This document shows, piece after piece, positions 8,596-19,615 of a DNA stretch of 32,000 nt. The notes beneath the pieces are model-generated. The model did not search any database and was not told the DNA's origin. It saw only the letters and a list, made by a program, of their open reading frames with translations. The position numbers were made by a program, and so were the translations under genes. The stretch lies in assembly GCF_000011465.1 (NCBI RefSeq), contig NC_005072.1:600001-632000 (forward strand), read 5' to 3'. Each line of letters opens with the position of its first letter. Within the stretch, counting starts at the first letter, position 1. Source of the DNA: Prochlorococcus marinus subsp. pastoris str. CCMP1986 (GTDB taxonomy: Bacteria > Cyanobacteriota > Cyanobacteriia > PCC-6307 > Cyanobiaceae).

Positions 8596-10122
8596 ATGGA
8601 TAAAAAGTACAAAATGAATAATAGTTTTTTTAGGCAGTTTAATAACAAAGAATCTTTTTATTCATTGTTAGAAGACATTGAAAGCTGCAAAGTGGGATTC
8701 TATAGTGTTGGGTTATATCCAGCATCATTAGCATATAACTGTGCAATGCATTCTGAGTCAAATAATATTCTTTTAGCTCCAAGACCTGGAAGAGATTTAT
8801 TAGGTGCTTTTTCTAAAGATGTTCTTTCTAATATGGAACACAAAATAATAGAAAAAGTAGAAGGTATGGGAAATTACTTTTTTGAGGGCAAAAGTAAGAT
8901 CAATACACTCGAAGATCTTCTTTTAAAATGTAATATCGTTATTCTAGCTTCAAATAGTAATCACATACAAAATGATATTCGTTATGCCATAGAATTAAGA
9001 AAATCTTTAAATCGTGAGAATGTAGTTCTTGCATGTCTTGTGGGCTCTTTTTGTTTTGATGATGGAGATAAAAAACCATACATTTTATGTAATCAATATC
9101 CTGATTTAGCTTTCTTTACAGGCTTTCATCGTCATGGTGCATTACGAAACCCTAAAGATAGTTTTACCGCTAATTTTTGTCATCCTGACTCATTAACAGC
9201 TCTAATTGGTGCAAGAATTTTAAATCAATTGTCTCCAAATATTCAAGTATCCCCTGGAGTTCATAATATTGAATGCCAGTACATTAAGTCCATAAAAAAT
9301 ATTTCTTCAATATTCGCAGGGTTTGTCACTAACTTTCATTCAGAAAAGCCTGGAATGTTGCCCACAATTAATACTGTTTTATTAACTCAGTGCTTGGATC
9401 AAGCAGCCACTGTTTCTTTAAAAGTTAGAAAAGAAAATAAATTTCAAAACGTAAATTTTTCATTAAAAGAACTTGGATATGGTGAAGATATTATTATCTC
9501 TAAAGAAAATCTTGGTAACAAATATGTTGAATCAGCTGATTATACTTTTTCTCAACTAAATGCTGTTAAAGCTGATGTTTTAGGGAGCATGTCGTTGCCA
9601 ATAGAGGGAAATCCAACAAGGAATTTTCAGGCAGGACAAGTTTTATCAGATATGCTTTTAAGACTTAAGAGATGTCCTAATGATGTCGGTGAATTTATTA
9701 ATTGGTGTGAAAAATTTAGCTTAGGTCAAGGAGGCCTTGAGGGATTGAAATCGCTAATATATTGGCCCAAAATTTACAGGGAATTTAATATTAAAAATAA
9801 TAATTGCTCGATGATTAATCTAATTTATTTATGCTTTAATGCAGAAGCTGAAGAAAAAAAAGATATTTATGAAGTATTAATTAATTCAGATGCAATAACT
9901 AATTTTTGTCAGGAATCTGTAAAGCCTAATTTATGTTTAGAACTAAATTATAAACTTCAAGGAATGGATATTTTTGATAATAAAAAATTATTTTATGAGA
10001 AATTAATTTCAAATAATAATAAAATGAATTTTGAAAAAAAATTATACGAAAAATTATCTTCTAAAAAAAATCCAAATTACATTAAAGCAATAAATATAAT
10101 AAATAAATACTTTACTAATTAG
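8596..10122 (+). CDS. divergent NAD(P)-binding, glycerol-3-phosphate-dehydrogenase-like protein
   Basis: 508 aa; N-terminal Rossmann-like region KVGFYSVGLYPASLAYNCAMHS...DLLLKCNIVILASNSNHIQNDI; large helical C-terminal region. Confidence 0.55.
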   Translation: MDKKYKMNNSFFRQFNNKESFYSLLEDIESCKVGFYSVGLYPASLAYNCAMHSESNNILLAPRPGRDLLGAFSKDVLSNMEHKIIEKVEGMGNYFFEGKSKINTLEDLLLKCNIVILASNSNHIQNDIRYAIELRKSLNRENVVLACLVGSFCFDDGDKKPYILCNQYPDLAFFTGFHRHGALRNPKDSFTANFCHPDSLTALIGARILNQLSPNIQVSPGVHNIECQYIKSIKNISSIFAGFVTNFHSEKPGMLPTINTVLLTQCLDQAATVSLKVRKENKFQNVNFSLKELGYGEDIIISKENLGNKYVESADYTFSQLNAVKADVLGSMSLPIEGNPTRNFQAGQVLSDMLLRLKRCPNDVGEFINWCEKFSLGQGGLEGLKSLIYWPKIYREFNIKNNNCSMINLIYLCFNAEAEEKKDIYEVLINSDAITNFCQESVKPNLCLELNYKLQGMDIFDNKKLFYEKLISNNNKMNFEKKLYEKLSSKKNPNYIKAINIINKYFTN

Positions 10123-10225
10123 TACAATACTTACTAAATTTATCTAAATCAATTGAGTTGCTCTTTTCTATTATTTACTTATCCTAATTTGAGAGTTAGA
10201 CTTATTAAGTTAAAGTAGGTTTTTT

Positions 10226-10885
10226 TTGAATAAAGAATTATCGCACCGCTCTCCTGAACTCAAAGCTCTTGGTTGGAACCAAGAAGATTTAACAAGGTAT
10301 GAGGATTTATGGGACTATAGTCAAAGATGGGGATTGATAAATCTTGAAAGAGAAGACAGACAATTTTTGAAAAAAGCAGAGAAGTTACTTCCTAAAATTC
10401 AAAACAAAAAAGCATCTGTTAAAAAATCTATTGAAGAGAAATCTTATTATTTATGGTTAAATTTCTATCTTGAAGAAATTAAAATTTTTAGTGAATCTAA
10501 CGTGCCCAAAAAACAAGTAAGTGTTTGGACTCTTTTGATTCAAGAGGAGTTGAAACTTCTTAAAGAGCTACAACCAGTAATGGGATTACCAGATACTTTG
10601 AAGGCTAAAAATTTGTTTGTTAATAGAAAACAAATTATTGAAAAAGCTTTTAAAGAATACGATGCTAAAAATAATAACGTGCCTTTTGATTTCATTAATA
10701 TATTTAATAAATCTGAGAAAGATGTGATTAAAAGCTGGAAATCTATTATTGAAAAAGATCCTGAAGCAAACAAAAATTTCCCTATTGTTGATATTAATAA
10801 TGTAGAAGATTTGAGATCTGAAATAAATGAAGATTTAAAATCATTTATGAGGGGAAATTATCCATCATTAAGAGAGGATTTATAA
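10226..10885 (+). CDS. conserved hypothetical cyanobacterial protein
   Basis: 219 aa ORF, Prochlorococcus-like codon usage, charged soluble protein (LKALGWNQEDLTRYEDLWDYSQRWGLINLEREDRQFL). Confidence 0.7.
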   Translation: MNKELSHRSPELKALGWNQEDLTRYEDLWDYSQRWGLINLEREDRQFLKKAEKLLPKIQNKKASVKKSIEEKSYYLWLNFYLEEIKIFSESNVPKKQVSVWTLLIQEELKLLKELQPVMGLPDTLKAKNLFVNRKQIIEKAFKEYDAKNNNVPFDFINIFNKSEKDVIKSWKSIIEKDPEANKNFPIVDINNVEDLRSEINEDLKSFMRGNYPSLREDL

Positions 10886-10930
10886 AGATTTATCTTCTTT
10901 ATATTTATTTTTAGGAAGTTTTTAAGTTAA

Positions 10931-12286
<1,356 letters not shown>

Positions 12287-12300
12287 ATAATGGAGATTCT

Positions 12301-13191
12301 TTGGCTTTAATAATACCTAGTAATTATCACAAGATTAGTGATGTAGAGAAAAATCATATTTCTTGGATTGAACCCGATTTGGCTGAAAGACAGGATATAC
12401 GACCATTAAGGATTGGTATTTTAAATATCATGCCTCTTGGTAAGCAATATGAATTTAATTTATTACATCCTCTTGGTTTATCCCCTCTTCAAATTGAGCC
12501 TGTTTGGATAAAGTTAAAAACTCATTCATATAAAACATGGGATCTTAACCATTTAAATAATCTTTATACAACATGGGAGGAGGCAAATGATCCAGAACCA
12601 TTAGATGGAGTAATTATTACCGGAGCACCTGTTGAGCATTTAGCTTTTGAAGAAGTTAAATATTGGGATGAATTCGTAAATATTACTAATGAAGCAAGAA
12701 ATTCTTGTGCAAGTACCCTTGGGTTGTGCTGGGCAGGATTCGCACTTGCTTATTTGGCAGGTGTTAATAAAACAGTATTTGATAAGAAATTATTCGGGGT
12801 ATTTCCATTAAAGAGTCTTGCCCCTGGTCATCCTTTAATGGGTACGCAAGATGATGAGTTTATTTGTCCTCAAAGTAGATTTGCAGGGTTACCTGATCTT
12901 GAAATGGAAGAAGCTCAAAAAGAAGGGAAATTAAATTTGCTCGCATATGGCAAGGATGTTGGTTACACAATATTTGAAACAAAAGATCAAAAACAACTCA
13001 TGCACTTAGGTCATCCTGAATATACAGTGCATAGAATAATTAGCGAAATTAACAGAGATAAAGAAAAGGGAGATGTACCTCCTCCTGAGAATTTTGATAT
13101 TAATTCTTCAAATACATCTTGGAGATCCCATCGGAATCTCCTTTTCCAGCAATGGCTATGGTTTTGTTATCAGCAAGTTAGTCTCAGTTGA
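12301..13191 (+). CDS. metA: homoserine O-acyltransferase, MetA family
   Basis: RPLRIGILNIMPLGKQYE, DGVIITGAPVEHLAFEEVKYWDE, TLGLCWAGFALAYLAG, GHPEY; 14 nt downstream of metY. Confidence 0.93.
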   Translation: MALIIPSNYHKISDVEKNHISWIEPDLAERQDIRPLRIGILNIMPLGKQYEFNLLHPLGLSPLQIEPVWIKLKTHSYKTWDLNHLNNLYTTWEEANDPEPLDGVIITGAPVEHLAFEEVKYWDEFVNITNEARNSCASTLGLCWAGFALAYLAGVNKTVFDKKLFGVFPLKSLAPGHPLMGTQDDEFICPQSRFAGLPDLEMEEAQKEGKLNLLAYGKDVGYTIFETKDQKQLMHLGHPEYTVHRIISEINRDKEKGDVPPPENFDINSSNTSWRSHRNLLFQQWLWFCYQQVSLS

Positions 13192-13197
13192 ATTTAA

Positions 13198-14766
13198 TTA
13201 GTGAGAGGTTTCAAGACCTCCTAGTCTTTCAAATAAGTTCAAGCTTTCTTTATTTAAACCAATAATTTCAACTTTTGAGCCGCTATTTTTGAATTTTCTA
13301 ATAATTTGATCTAAAGCAACAACCCCGCTCTGATCCCAAATATGAGCTAAAGACATGTCAATTAAAATATCTTTTGGATGCTCATGAATATCGAATCCTT
13401 GTAGAAAATATATTTTACTGACAAAAAACAATTGACCTTCAACTTTGTAAGTTATTTGGTTTTTACCTTTAACTCTTGAAACCGTTATTACTTTTGCAAC
13501 TTTCCTGCTAAAAAGTATTGCAGCTAAACCAACTCCTGCAATAACACCTAGGGCAAGATTATGTGGTTTTGTAAGCATCGTAACCGCAAAAGTCATAAGC
13601 ATTACTGCGGTATCACTTTTTGGTATCTTTCTAATATTCTTCAAACCAGTTAAATCAGCAGTGCTTATTGCAATTGTTATCATTATTGCTACTAAGGCGG
13701 CCATGGGTATGGCCCCTATCCAAGGCTTTAGAAGGATGATCATTAATAATAATGATAATCCTGAAATTAAGGTTGATAACCTAGATTTACCTCCATTCTC
13801 ATTATTCATAACTGATTGCCCTACTAACGCACAGCCTGCCATGCCTCCAAATAAAGAGGATATTATATTAGCTATACCTTGTCCCCTTGCTTCTTTATTT
13901 TTGTTGGAACTTGTGTCTGTGGCATCATCTAAAATATCTTGAGTTAAGAATGTTTCCATTAAACCAACCAGCGATATCGCTAAGGATGTTGGCAATATCA
14001 CACCCAAAGTTGAAAGGTTGAATGGTACTTTCCCATTCGCTAATTCACCAAATGGTAAGGAGAGACTAGGGAATCCATTTGGTAATGTCCCTAAATCACT
14101 TACGGTAGGGATTTCTAATTTAAAAAATACACTTATTAAAGTAAGCAAAACAATTGCTACTAATTGAGAAGGAATTACTTTTGTTATTTTGGGAAATCCG
14201 TAAATAACAATTAATCCTAAAATTACAAGAATCCAAACGGTAGGTATTTGACTATTTGTTGGATATTTTGAAAGTTCATTTTCTAATAGTTTCCCTTCAT
14301 TAATGCCAATTCCTAGTTGAAGGAATTGAGCTTGAAATATTAATAAAGCAAGAGCATTTACAAATCCGCTTAATACACCTGTCGGTACAAACCTCATTTG
14401 ATAAGCCAGCCTTAGATATCCCCAGAGTATTTGAAAAACACCTGTTAATAATCCTGCTGCTATTAAATAGGAAAGACCAAGATTTGTTCCAGGGGCCTGA
14501 GCTTCTCCAATAGCAACAACCCCAGTCATTAGGAGAGCTGTTGATCCTGTCGCGGAAGTAATCATTCCCCTTCTGCCACCAAGAATCGCAATTGTTATAG
14601 ATAAGCAGAATGCGCCATAAAGTCCAACTTTAGGATCAACCCCAGCAATTCCTGAAAAAGCAATCGCTTCAGGAATCATTGCAAAAGCCACTACTAATCC
14701 CGAAAGAATATTAGATTTTGGATCGTCTAACCAATTTTTAGATAAATATTTGGTGAAATTTGACAT
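13198..14766 (-). CDS. SulP family sulfate/anion permease with STAS domain
   Basis: MIPEAIAFSGIAGVDPKVGLYGAFC...GMITSATGSTALL; C-terminal ILIDMSLAHIWDQSGVVALDQIIRKF STAS signature. Confidence 0.93.
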   Translation of the reverse strand: MSNFTKYLSKNWLDDPKSNILSGLVVAFAMIPEAIAFSGIAGVDPKVGLYGAFCLSITIAILGGRRGMITSATGSTALLMTGVVAIGEAQAPGTNLGLSYLIAAGLLTGVFQILWGYLRLAYQMRFVPTGVLSGFVNALALLIFQAQFLQLGIGINEGKLLENELSKYPTNSQIPTVWILVILGLIVIYGFPKITKVIPSQLVAIVLLTLISVFFKLEIPTVSDLGTLPNGFPSLSLPFGELANGKVPFNLSTLGVILPTSLAISLVGLMETFLTQDILDDATDTSSNKNKEARGQGIANIISSLFGGMAGCALVGQSVMNNENGGKSRLSTLISGLSLLLMIILLKPWIGAIPMAALVAIMITIAISTADLTGLKNIRKIPKSDTAVMLMTFAVTMLTKPHNLALGVIAGVGLAAILFSRKVAKVITVSRVKGKNQITYKVEGQLFFVSKIYFLQGFDIHEHPKDILIDMSLAHIWDQSGVVALDQIIRKFKNSGSKVEIIGLNKESLNLFERLGGLETSH

Positions 14767-14797
14767 TTTAATTTCTTCTTATACTTAAAAAGTTACC

Positions 14798-16075
14798 TTA
14801 TAGAGGAGGCAAAATACTTTCTGGATCACAAATATTCTTTAAAGTTTTTAATTCACTAAGTCTTTCTCCAAAAGATAAATAGACTTCTTCTTCGTGAGAA
14901 TTTAAATGATTATGAATCTGAGCTAGATGTATGTTTGGGAAAAATATTTTTAGTTTCTTCCAAGATTCATTCATCCACTTCAAAACAATTTCCTTTTCTT
15001 TAGGATCACCTTTTTTCCATGCGGCATAGATCCAAGGTTTCCAAGTGCTTGCCCGATGAATAAAGAAACTTGATTTATGGTTTAATTCTTTTGTCTTTCC
15101 TCCAAGCTGTTGTGAGGCAACATAACAAGATTTATTTGGTTTGTCTCTAATTATTTCGTTCATACATTTAACAAAAATTTGAACATTATCTTTTAAATCT
15201 CCTCCAAGAAGGCTTATTACTTCTGAATGGTTATTCTTATTTAATTCGAATAGATCTAATTCTTTTGGAAAAAAATTTACCTGATTATAGTTCTCGTAAC
15301 TTTTTATTTTGAGAGAATTAAATTTTTCAAGTTTTTTTAAATAGTTTTTGGTGATTTTGTTATCTGAGTCATTTTTTATCTCCGCGAAGATATAAATATA
15401 TATATCTTCGGCATAAATCCATTGTAGGCTTAAATTCTCTGGGAATCCCTCAGCCAAATTAATAATCTTTGAGAGTTCATTATCATCTACAAATCCTTCA
15501 ATAATTTGTATAGGGTGAGATTGGAATGTTTTAAGACCAATTTCAGTAATTATTGCGAGAAAGGGAGCAGCACCTTTAAGCCCTTCCCATAATAGTTTTT
15601 GGGAGGAATCCAGACTGTTTTGCTCTAATGATATAAAATTTCCGTTCCCTAAGTATCCTTTTATAGACTCAATATTATCAATAGCTAATCCATATCTTCG
15701 ACTCATCGGACTTATTCCTCCGGTTAATATGTAACCTGCTCCGGGCAGTTTTGATAGGCCTGTTGGGAAGGTCTTATTATGTTTTTCTAAATAATTCATA
15801 AGATCCTTCATAATCACCCCACCTCCAATTTTTATTAGATTCTTTTCTTTCTCAAGATGAATTTGGTTATATTCTTTTCTTAAATCAAGAGTAATTAAAC
15901 CATTTCTAGCGCAGCTTGATGTAGTACCCCCGCTGCAAACACAAAGATATTCTGATTTTTGGGATGATTTGTAATGGCTATTAAATAAATCATCTATTTT
16001 ATAAATTAGGTTTTTAACGTGTGCATCACTGGAATTAATATTTGGAACTTCAAGTAAATTATTATTTTTTTTCAC
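14798..16075 (-). CDS. FAD-binding oxidoreductase (PCMH/VAO type)
   Basis: LITLDLRKEYNQIHLEKEKNLIKIGGGVIMKDLMNYLEKHNKTFPTGLSKLPGAGYILTGGISPMSRRYGLAIDNI. Confidence 0.82.
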   Translation of the reverse strand: MKKNNNLLEVPNINSSDAHVKNLIYKIDDLFNSHYKSSQKSEYLCVCSGGTTSSCARNGLITLDLRKEYNQIHLEKEKNLIKIGGGVIMKDLMNYLEKHNKTFPTGLSKLPGAGYILTGGISPMSRRYGLAIDNIESIKGYLGNGNFISLEQNSLDSSQKLLWEGLKGAAPFLAIITEIGLKTFQSHPIQIIEGFVDDNELSKIINLAEGFPENLSLQWIYAEDIYIYIFAEIKNDSDNKITKNYLKKLEKFNSLKIKSYENYNQVNFFPKELDLFELNKNNHSEVISLLGGDLKDNVQIFVKCMNEIIRDKPNKSCYVASQQLGGKTKELNHKSSFFIHRASTWKPWIYAAWKKGDPKEKEIVLKWMNESWKKLKIFFPNIHLAQIHNHLNSHEEEVYLSFGERLSELKTLKNICDPESILPPL

Positions 16076-17265
16076 TACTAAATATTCTTCTTTACTATTA
16101 TGTTATTAGTTATTCCTTACAATTGGATACTTTTGATTCGAACTTAAATAAGCAAATTGGCATACTCATTTGTGGTCATGGGAGTAGAAATAAATTAGCT
16201 ATTACAGAATTTCAGGAATTAACTAGGCTTATACAAAAGAAATTCCCATCAATATTAGTTGAATTTGGTTTTTTGGAATTTGCAAAGCCATCTCTTACTG
16301 ATGCTTTGGATAAATTAAGAAATAGTTCTATTAAAAAAGTAATAGCTATACCGGCTATGCTTTTTGCTGCTGGGCACGTTAAAAATGATATACCAAGTTT
16401 GCTTATGAATTATGCGAAGAAAACAGATATAGAAATAATTTATGGAAGAGAATTAGGAATTAATAATTTAATGATTAGTGCAGCTTGCGAGAGAGTTAAA
16501 GAAGTGTTCAAAAAAAATAACTCTCTTATTCCTGAAGAATCATTATTAGTTGTTGTTGGAAGAGGTTCTTCTGATCCTGATGCAAATTCTAATGTATCTA
16601 AAATTACAAGAATGGTTGTTGAAGGAGTTGGTTTGGGCTGGGGAGAAACTGTATTCTCTGGGGTAACATTTCCATTAGTAGAACCTGGGTTGCGGAATGT
16701 TGTAAGACTTGGTTATAAAAACATAATTATTTTTCCTTACTTTCTTTTTTCAGGGGTACTGGTAACAAGAATAAAAAGGCAAAGCGATATAGTGGCGCTT
16801 GATAATCCACATGTTGAATTCCATGAGGCAAAATATCTTTCATCTCATAAATATGTTGTTCAAACATTTGTAGAAAGGATTGAAGAAATTTTTAATGACG
16901 AGAGCAACAATTTTATGAATTGTTCCTTGTGCAAATATAGATCGAACTTATTTGGTTTTGAAAAAGAAGTTGGTTTAGTACAAGAAAGTCATCATGATCA
17001 TGTTGAGGGCATAGGACTTAGTTGTGATTTGTGTGATTCTGAATGTAACGGGGCATGTGAAACTAATAACCAAAGCTTGAGTGATGTTGATGATCACTCA
17101 GTACCTTTAGTAGAAAAAAATAATGATGAACATCATCATAAACATGGTGAGCACCATCACCATCATCATAGTATTTATCCAAATTCAAAACATCCCTTGG
17201 GCCCTGTTACGCTTCGCTTGCTTAGTGATGATCAAATCTTAAGAAATTCAGTTGAAAAAGACTGA
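16042..17265 (+). CDS. cbiX: sirohydrochlorin cobaltochelatase, CbiXL type, with MXCXXC motif and His-rich C-terminus (start uncertain)
   Basis: IGILICGHGSRN..., AIPAMLFAAGHVKNDIP, GRGSSDPDANSN, MNCSLC, CDLCDSECNGAC, HHHKHGEHHHHHH. Predicted start overlaps the divergent gene. Confidence 0.9.
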   Translation: MELQVNYYFFSLLNILLYYYVISYSLQLDTFDSNLNKQIGILICGHGSRNKLAITEFQELTRLIQKKFPSILVEFGFLEFAKPSLTDALDKLRNSSIKKVIAIPAMLFAAGHVKNDIPSLLMNYAKKTDIEIIYGRELGINNLMISAACERVKEVFKKNNSLIPEESLLVVVGRGSSDPDANSNVSKITRMVVEGVGLGWGETVFSGVTFPLVEPGLRNVVRLGYKNIIIFPYFLFSGVLVTRIKRQSDIVALDNPHVEFHEAKYLSSHKYVVQTFVERIEEIFNDESNNFMNCSLCKYRSNLFGFEKEVGLVQESHHDHVEGIGLSCDLCDSECNGACETNNQSLSDVDDHSVPLVEKNNDEHHHKHGEHHHHHHSIYPNSKHPLGPVTLRLLSDDQILRNSVEKD

Positions 17266-17354
17266 ATCAACCGTCTCTTTCTTAATTTGGTCTCAATAGA
17301 CTAATCATATATAAGTATTCCTAATAGATATTTGGAAATGTATTTTGGGCTATA

Positions 17355-17396
17355 TTTTCCACAGTTAGTAATAAGTTTTCCACGTCCATATCCACA
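17355..17396 (+). promoter_or_regulatory. cluster of three DnaA-box-like motifs
   Basis: TTTTCCACA (17355-17363), TTTTCCACG (17376-17384), ATATCCACA (17388-17396), same orientation. Confidence 0.4.
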
Positions 17397-17564
17397 TGAA
17401 ATTAGGTATAAAGCCTTATCTCGAAAATAACAGCACTTCAACATTATTATTGACTTTTCTTAAACCTTTTTTCAATTTACCCCTTTGGAAAACCGTTTTT
17501 GTTGAATCTAATTTATAACATGAGTCTCATTTGATAATGGTGTAGAAGTGATAAAAATATATTT

Positions 17565-17593
17565 TTGACTTTTAAAAAAAAATAGACAATTAT
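17565..17593 (+). promoter_or_regulatory. candidate promoter for the DUF2811 gene
   Basis: TTGACT, 17-nt spacer, AATTAT, 24 nt upstream of the ATG at 17617. Confidence 0.35.
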
Positions 17594-17616
17594 ATTTGTA
17601 TACGAAGTTTGTATTT

Positions 17617-17874
17617 ATGAATCAAATAAATCAAGAAAATAACATTGAAGTAAAATTTGATAATTCTTTCCCATCAAAAGTTTCTTTAGAAACTGAGCTT
17701 TCAGAAAGTCTTTATGAAACTATGAAAGATTTTGTTTTACATAATCCTACTTGGGATCAATACAAACTTATAAATTCTGCTTTAGCTACTTTTCTTGTCC
17801 AAAATGGATGTACTGATAGTTCAGTTTCAGAGATTTATATAAATCAACTTTTTAGACCTTCTAATTCTTTTTAA
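17617..17874 (+). CDS. DUF2811-like small protein
   Basis: VSLETELSESLYETMKDFVLHNPTWDQYKLINSALATFLVQNGCTDSSVSEIYINQLF. ORF track starts at TTG 17596, but ATG 17617 fits the promoter better. Confidence 0.8.
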   Translation: MNQINQENNIEVKFDNSFPSKVSLETELSESLYETMKDFVLHNPTWDQYKLINSALATFLVQNGCTDSSVSEIYINQLFRPSNSF

Positions 17875-19507
17875 TATTTAAACAAGCTCTTCTGCTTATG
17901 GCCATCATCGTCAGGGTGGGACTTTGCCATGAAGAAGTTGGCCAACATGCACCATCTAGTACAAGGACATTTTTGCATCTCCATAGCTGATTTGATTTAT
18001 TGACGACACTTTCTTCCTCACTAAATCCCATAGCTGCTCCCCCTACTTCATGAATATAATATCCTGGTGGTGGTGGACTTCCTGACAGTGCAATAGATTT
18101 TTCTGTAAATAACCCTATATATGGGATATTTATGAGCTCATCCATTCTTCTGATTTTTCCATCTGCCGCTTTTATTGAATCTCTTATCGTACTTTCCATA
18201 TGTTTAGCCATATTTAATTCGTTTTCACTCCATTTGAATTCAATATGAGGGATTGGAATCCCCCAGCTATCTGTTCTCTTAGAGAGAGTTACTGAATTTT
18301 CTTTTCTTGGTAGGACCTCACCATGGGCGATTAGAAACCCCGTAGAAGAATTTAATTCTTTTTGTAAAAACTTAGGAATTCCAAGCCTATCAATTGCTCC
18401 CCAAATTCCATAGCCTCTTAAAAAGTTAATACTTTCAGGTTTAGGTAAGTTTGACCCGAAGGGTATGAAAAAACTCCCTGCGCCCGATAGGTCAGGATAA
18501 GAATTAGAATTAAAATTATTTTTTTTCTGAATTTTATTAGGAATTGAAAAAAACCTACAGATAGAAATATGATCCATCAAATATTTTCCTAACTTGCCGG
18601 AGATATCTTTAAAACCTGAAGAATTTGATTTGGATTCCGAGTTAAGTAGAATTCTAAGTGTTGATATTGTGGATGCACATAGAATAATTAAATCGCAATT
18701 TAATGATATTCTTTTACCATTTACTAGATTTACAATGATTATTTTTGTAGCCAGCTCAGTTATTTTGTCTGTTTCGAATGATTCTACGAGGTGATTAGAA
18801 AGTATTTGAACATTTCCGGTGCTTATGGCTTTTTTAAAGGTGGTCCCGACACTTGAAGATCTTGGCCATTGGTCTTCTTTAACTGAGGAGTTACGGTCAA
18901 ATCCTCTAGATTGAATAAATGGGTAGTTTAATTTTAATTTAACTTGATTCCCAAAAATACTTTCATTACTTGTGAGAGGTATTTCACCAATATATTTCCC
19001 ATCTGGAACTTCTTCAATGTTATCTTTTTGTCCATAAATTCCACAAAACTTCTCAATAAAATCATAATGAGGCGACAATTCATCGTAGGTTATAGGCCAA
19101 TCTGGTCCGTACCCATCTTTTTTTGATGGGTGAAAATCATCTGGAGAAAATCTCAAGGTAATACCTCCCCAAGTTAATGATCTACCTCCAAATTGCTTCC
19201 CTTGAGTCCAAAGGAATGGCTTCTCTTTTGATTGGCTATAAGGATGATTTAATTCATTTGAATATAAATCAGGGTTATTTTTCCAATAACCAGGATGTTT
19301 ACTTTGATTAGCATGTTTCTTTGAGATTATTCCCGAAAATCTGTTTAAGGTATCTTTCGGCTCATTACTACTGGCCTCATTTCTTTTAATTTGAGGTCCT
19401 GCTTCTATTACTAGAACTCTAATTCCTTGTTCGGCCAAAGTAAGTGCAGCTACTCCTCCTGTTGCTCCTGAACCTACTACGATTGCATCAAAAGGATTTA
19501 TATCCAA
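17861..19507 (-). CDS. GMC family oxidoreductase
   Basis: DAIVVGSGATGGVAALTLAEQGIRVLVIEAG, FGGRSLTWGG, IHEVGGAAMG...VLDGACWPTSSWQSPTLTMMAISRRAC. Confidence 0.92.
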   Translation of the reverse strand: MDINPFDAIVVGSGATGGVAALTLAEQGIRVLVIEAGPQIKRNEASSNEPKDTLNRFSGIISKKHANQSKHPGYWKNNPDLYSNELNHPYSQSKEKPFLWTQGKQFGGRSLTWGGITLRFSPDDFHPSKKDGYGPDWPITYDELSPHYDFIEKFCGIYGQKDNIEEVPDGKYIGEIPLTSNESIFGNQVKLKLNYPFIQSRGFDRNSSVKEDQWPRSSSVGTTFKKAISTGNVQILSNHLVESFETDKITELATKIIIVNLVNGKRISLNCDLIILCASTISTLRILLNSESKSNSSGFKDISGKLGKYLMDHISICRFFSIPNKIQKKNNFNSNSYPDLSGAGSFFIPFGSNLPKPESINFLRGYGIWGAIDRLGIPKFLQKELNSSTGFLIAHGEVLPRKENSVTLSKRTDSWGIPIPHIEFKWSENELNMAKHMESTIRDSIKAADGKIRRMDELINIPYIGLFTEKSIALSGSPPPPGYYIHEVGGAAMGFSEEESVVNKSNQLWRCKNVLVLDGACWPTSSWQSPTLTMMAISRRACLNIKKN

Positions 19508-19615
19508 AATCTACTTTTATATTTTTCATATCAACAAATATAGCATTCAGTTAAATATATATTTCTTGTTTTCAACTTAAGAAGTTAGAATTTATTTAAA
19601 CATTTTTAGATTTAA

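Noticed and set aside
10540-10773. 77-aa - strand ORF
   Set aside because: Antisense inside the 219-aa conserved gene.
13661-13942. 93-aa + strand ORF
   Set aside because: Antisense inside SulP; repetitive hydrophobic shadow.
18594-19126. Two + strand ORFs (18594-18794, 18944-19126)
   Set aside because: Antisense to the well-supported GMC oxidoreductase.
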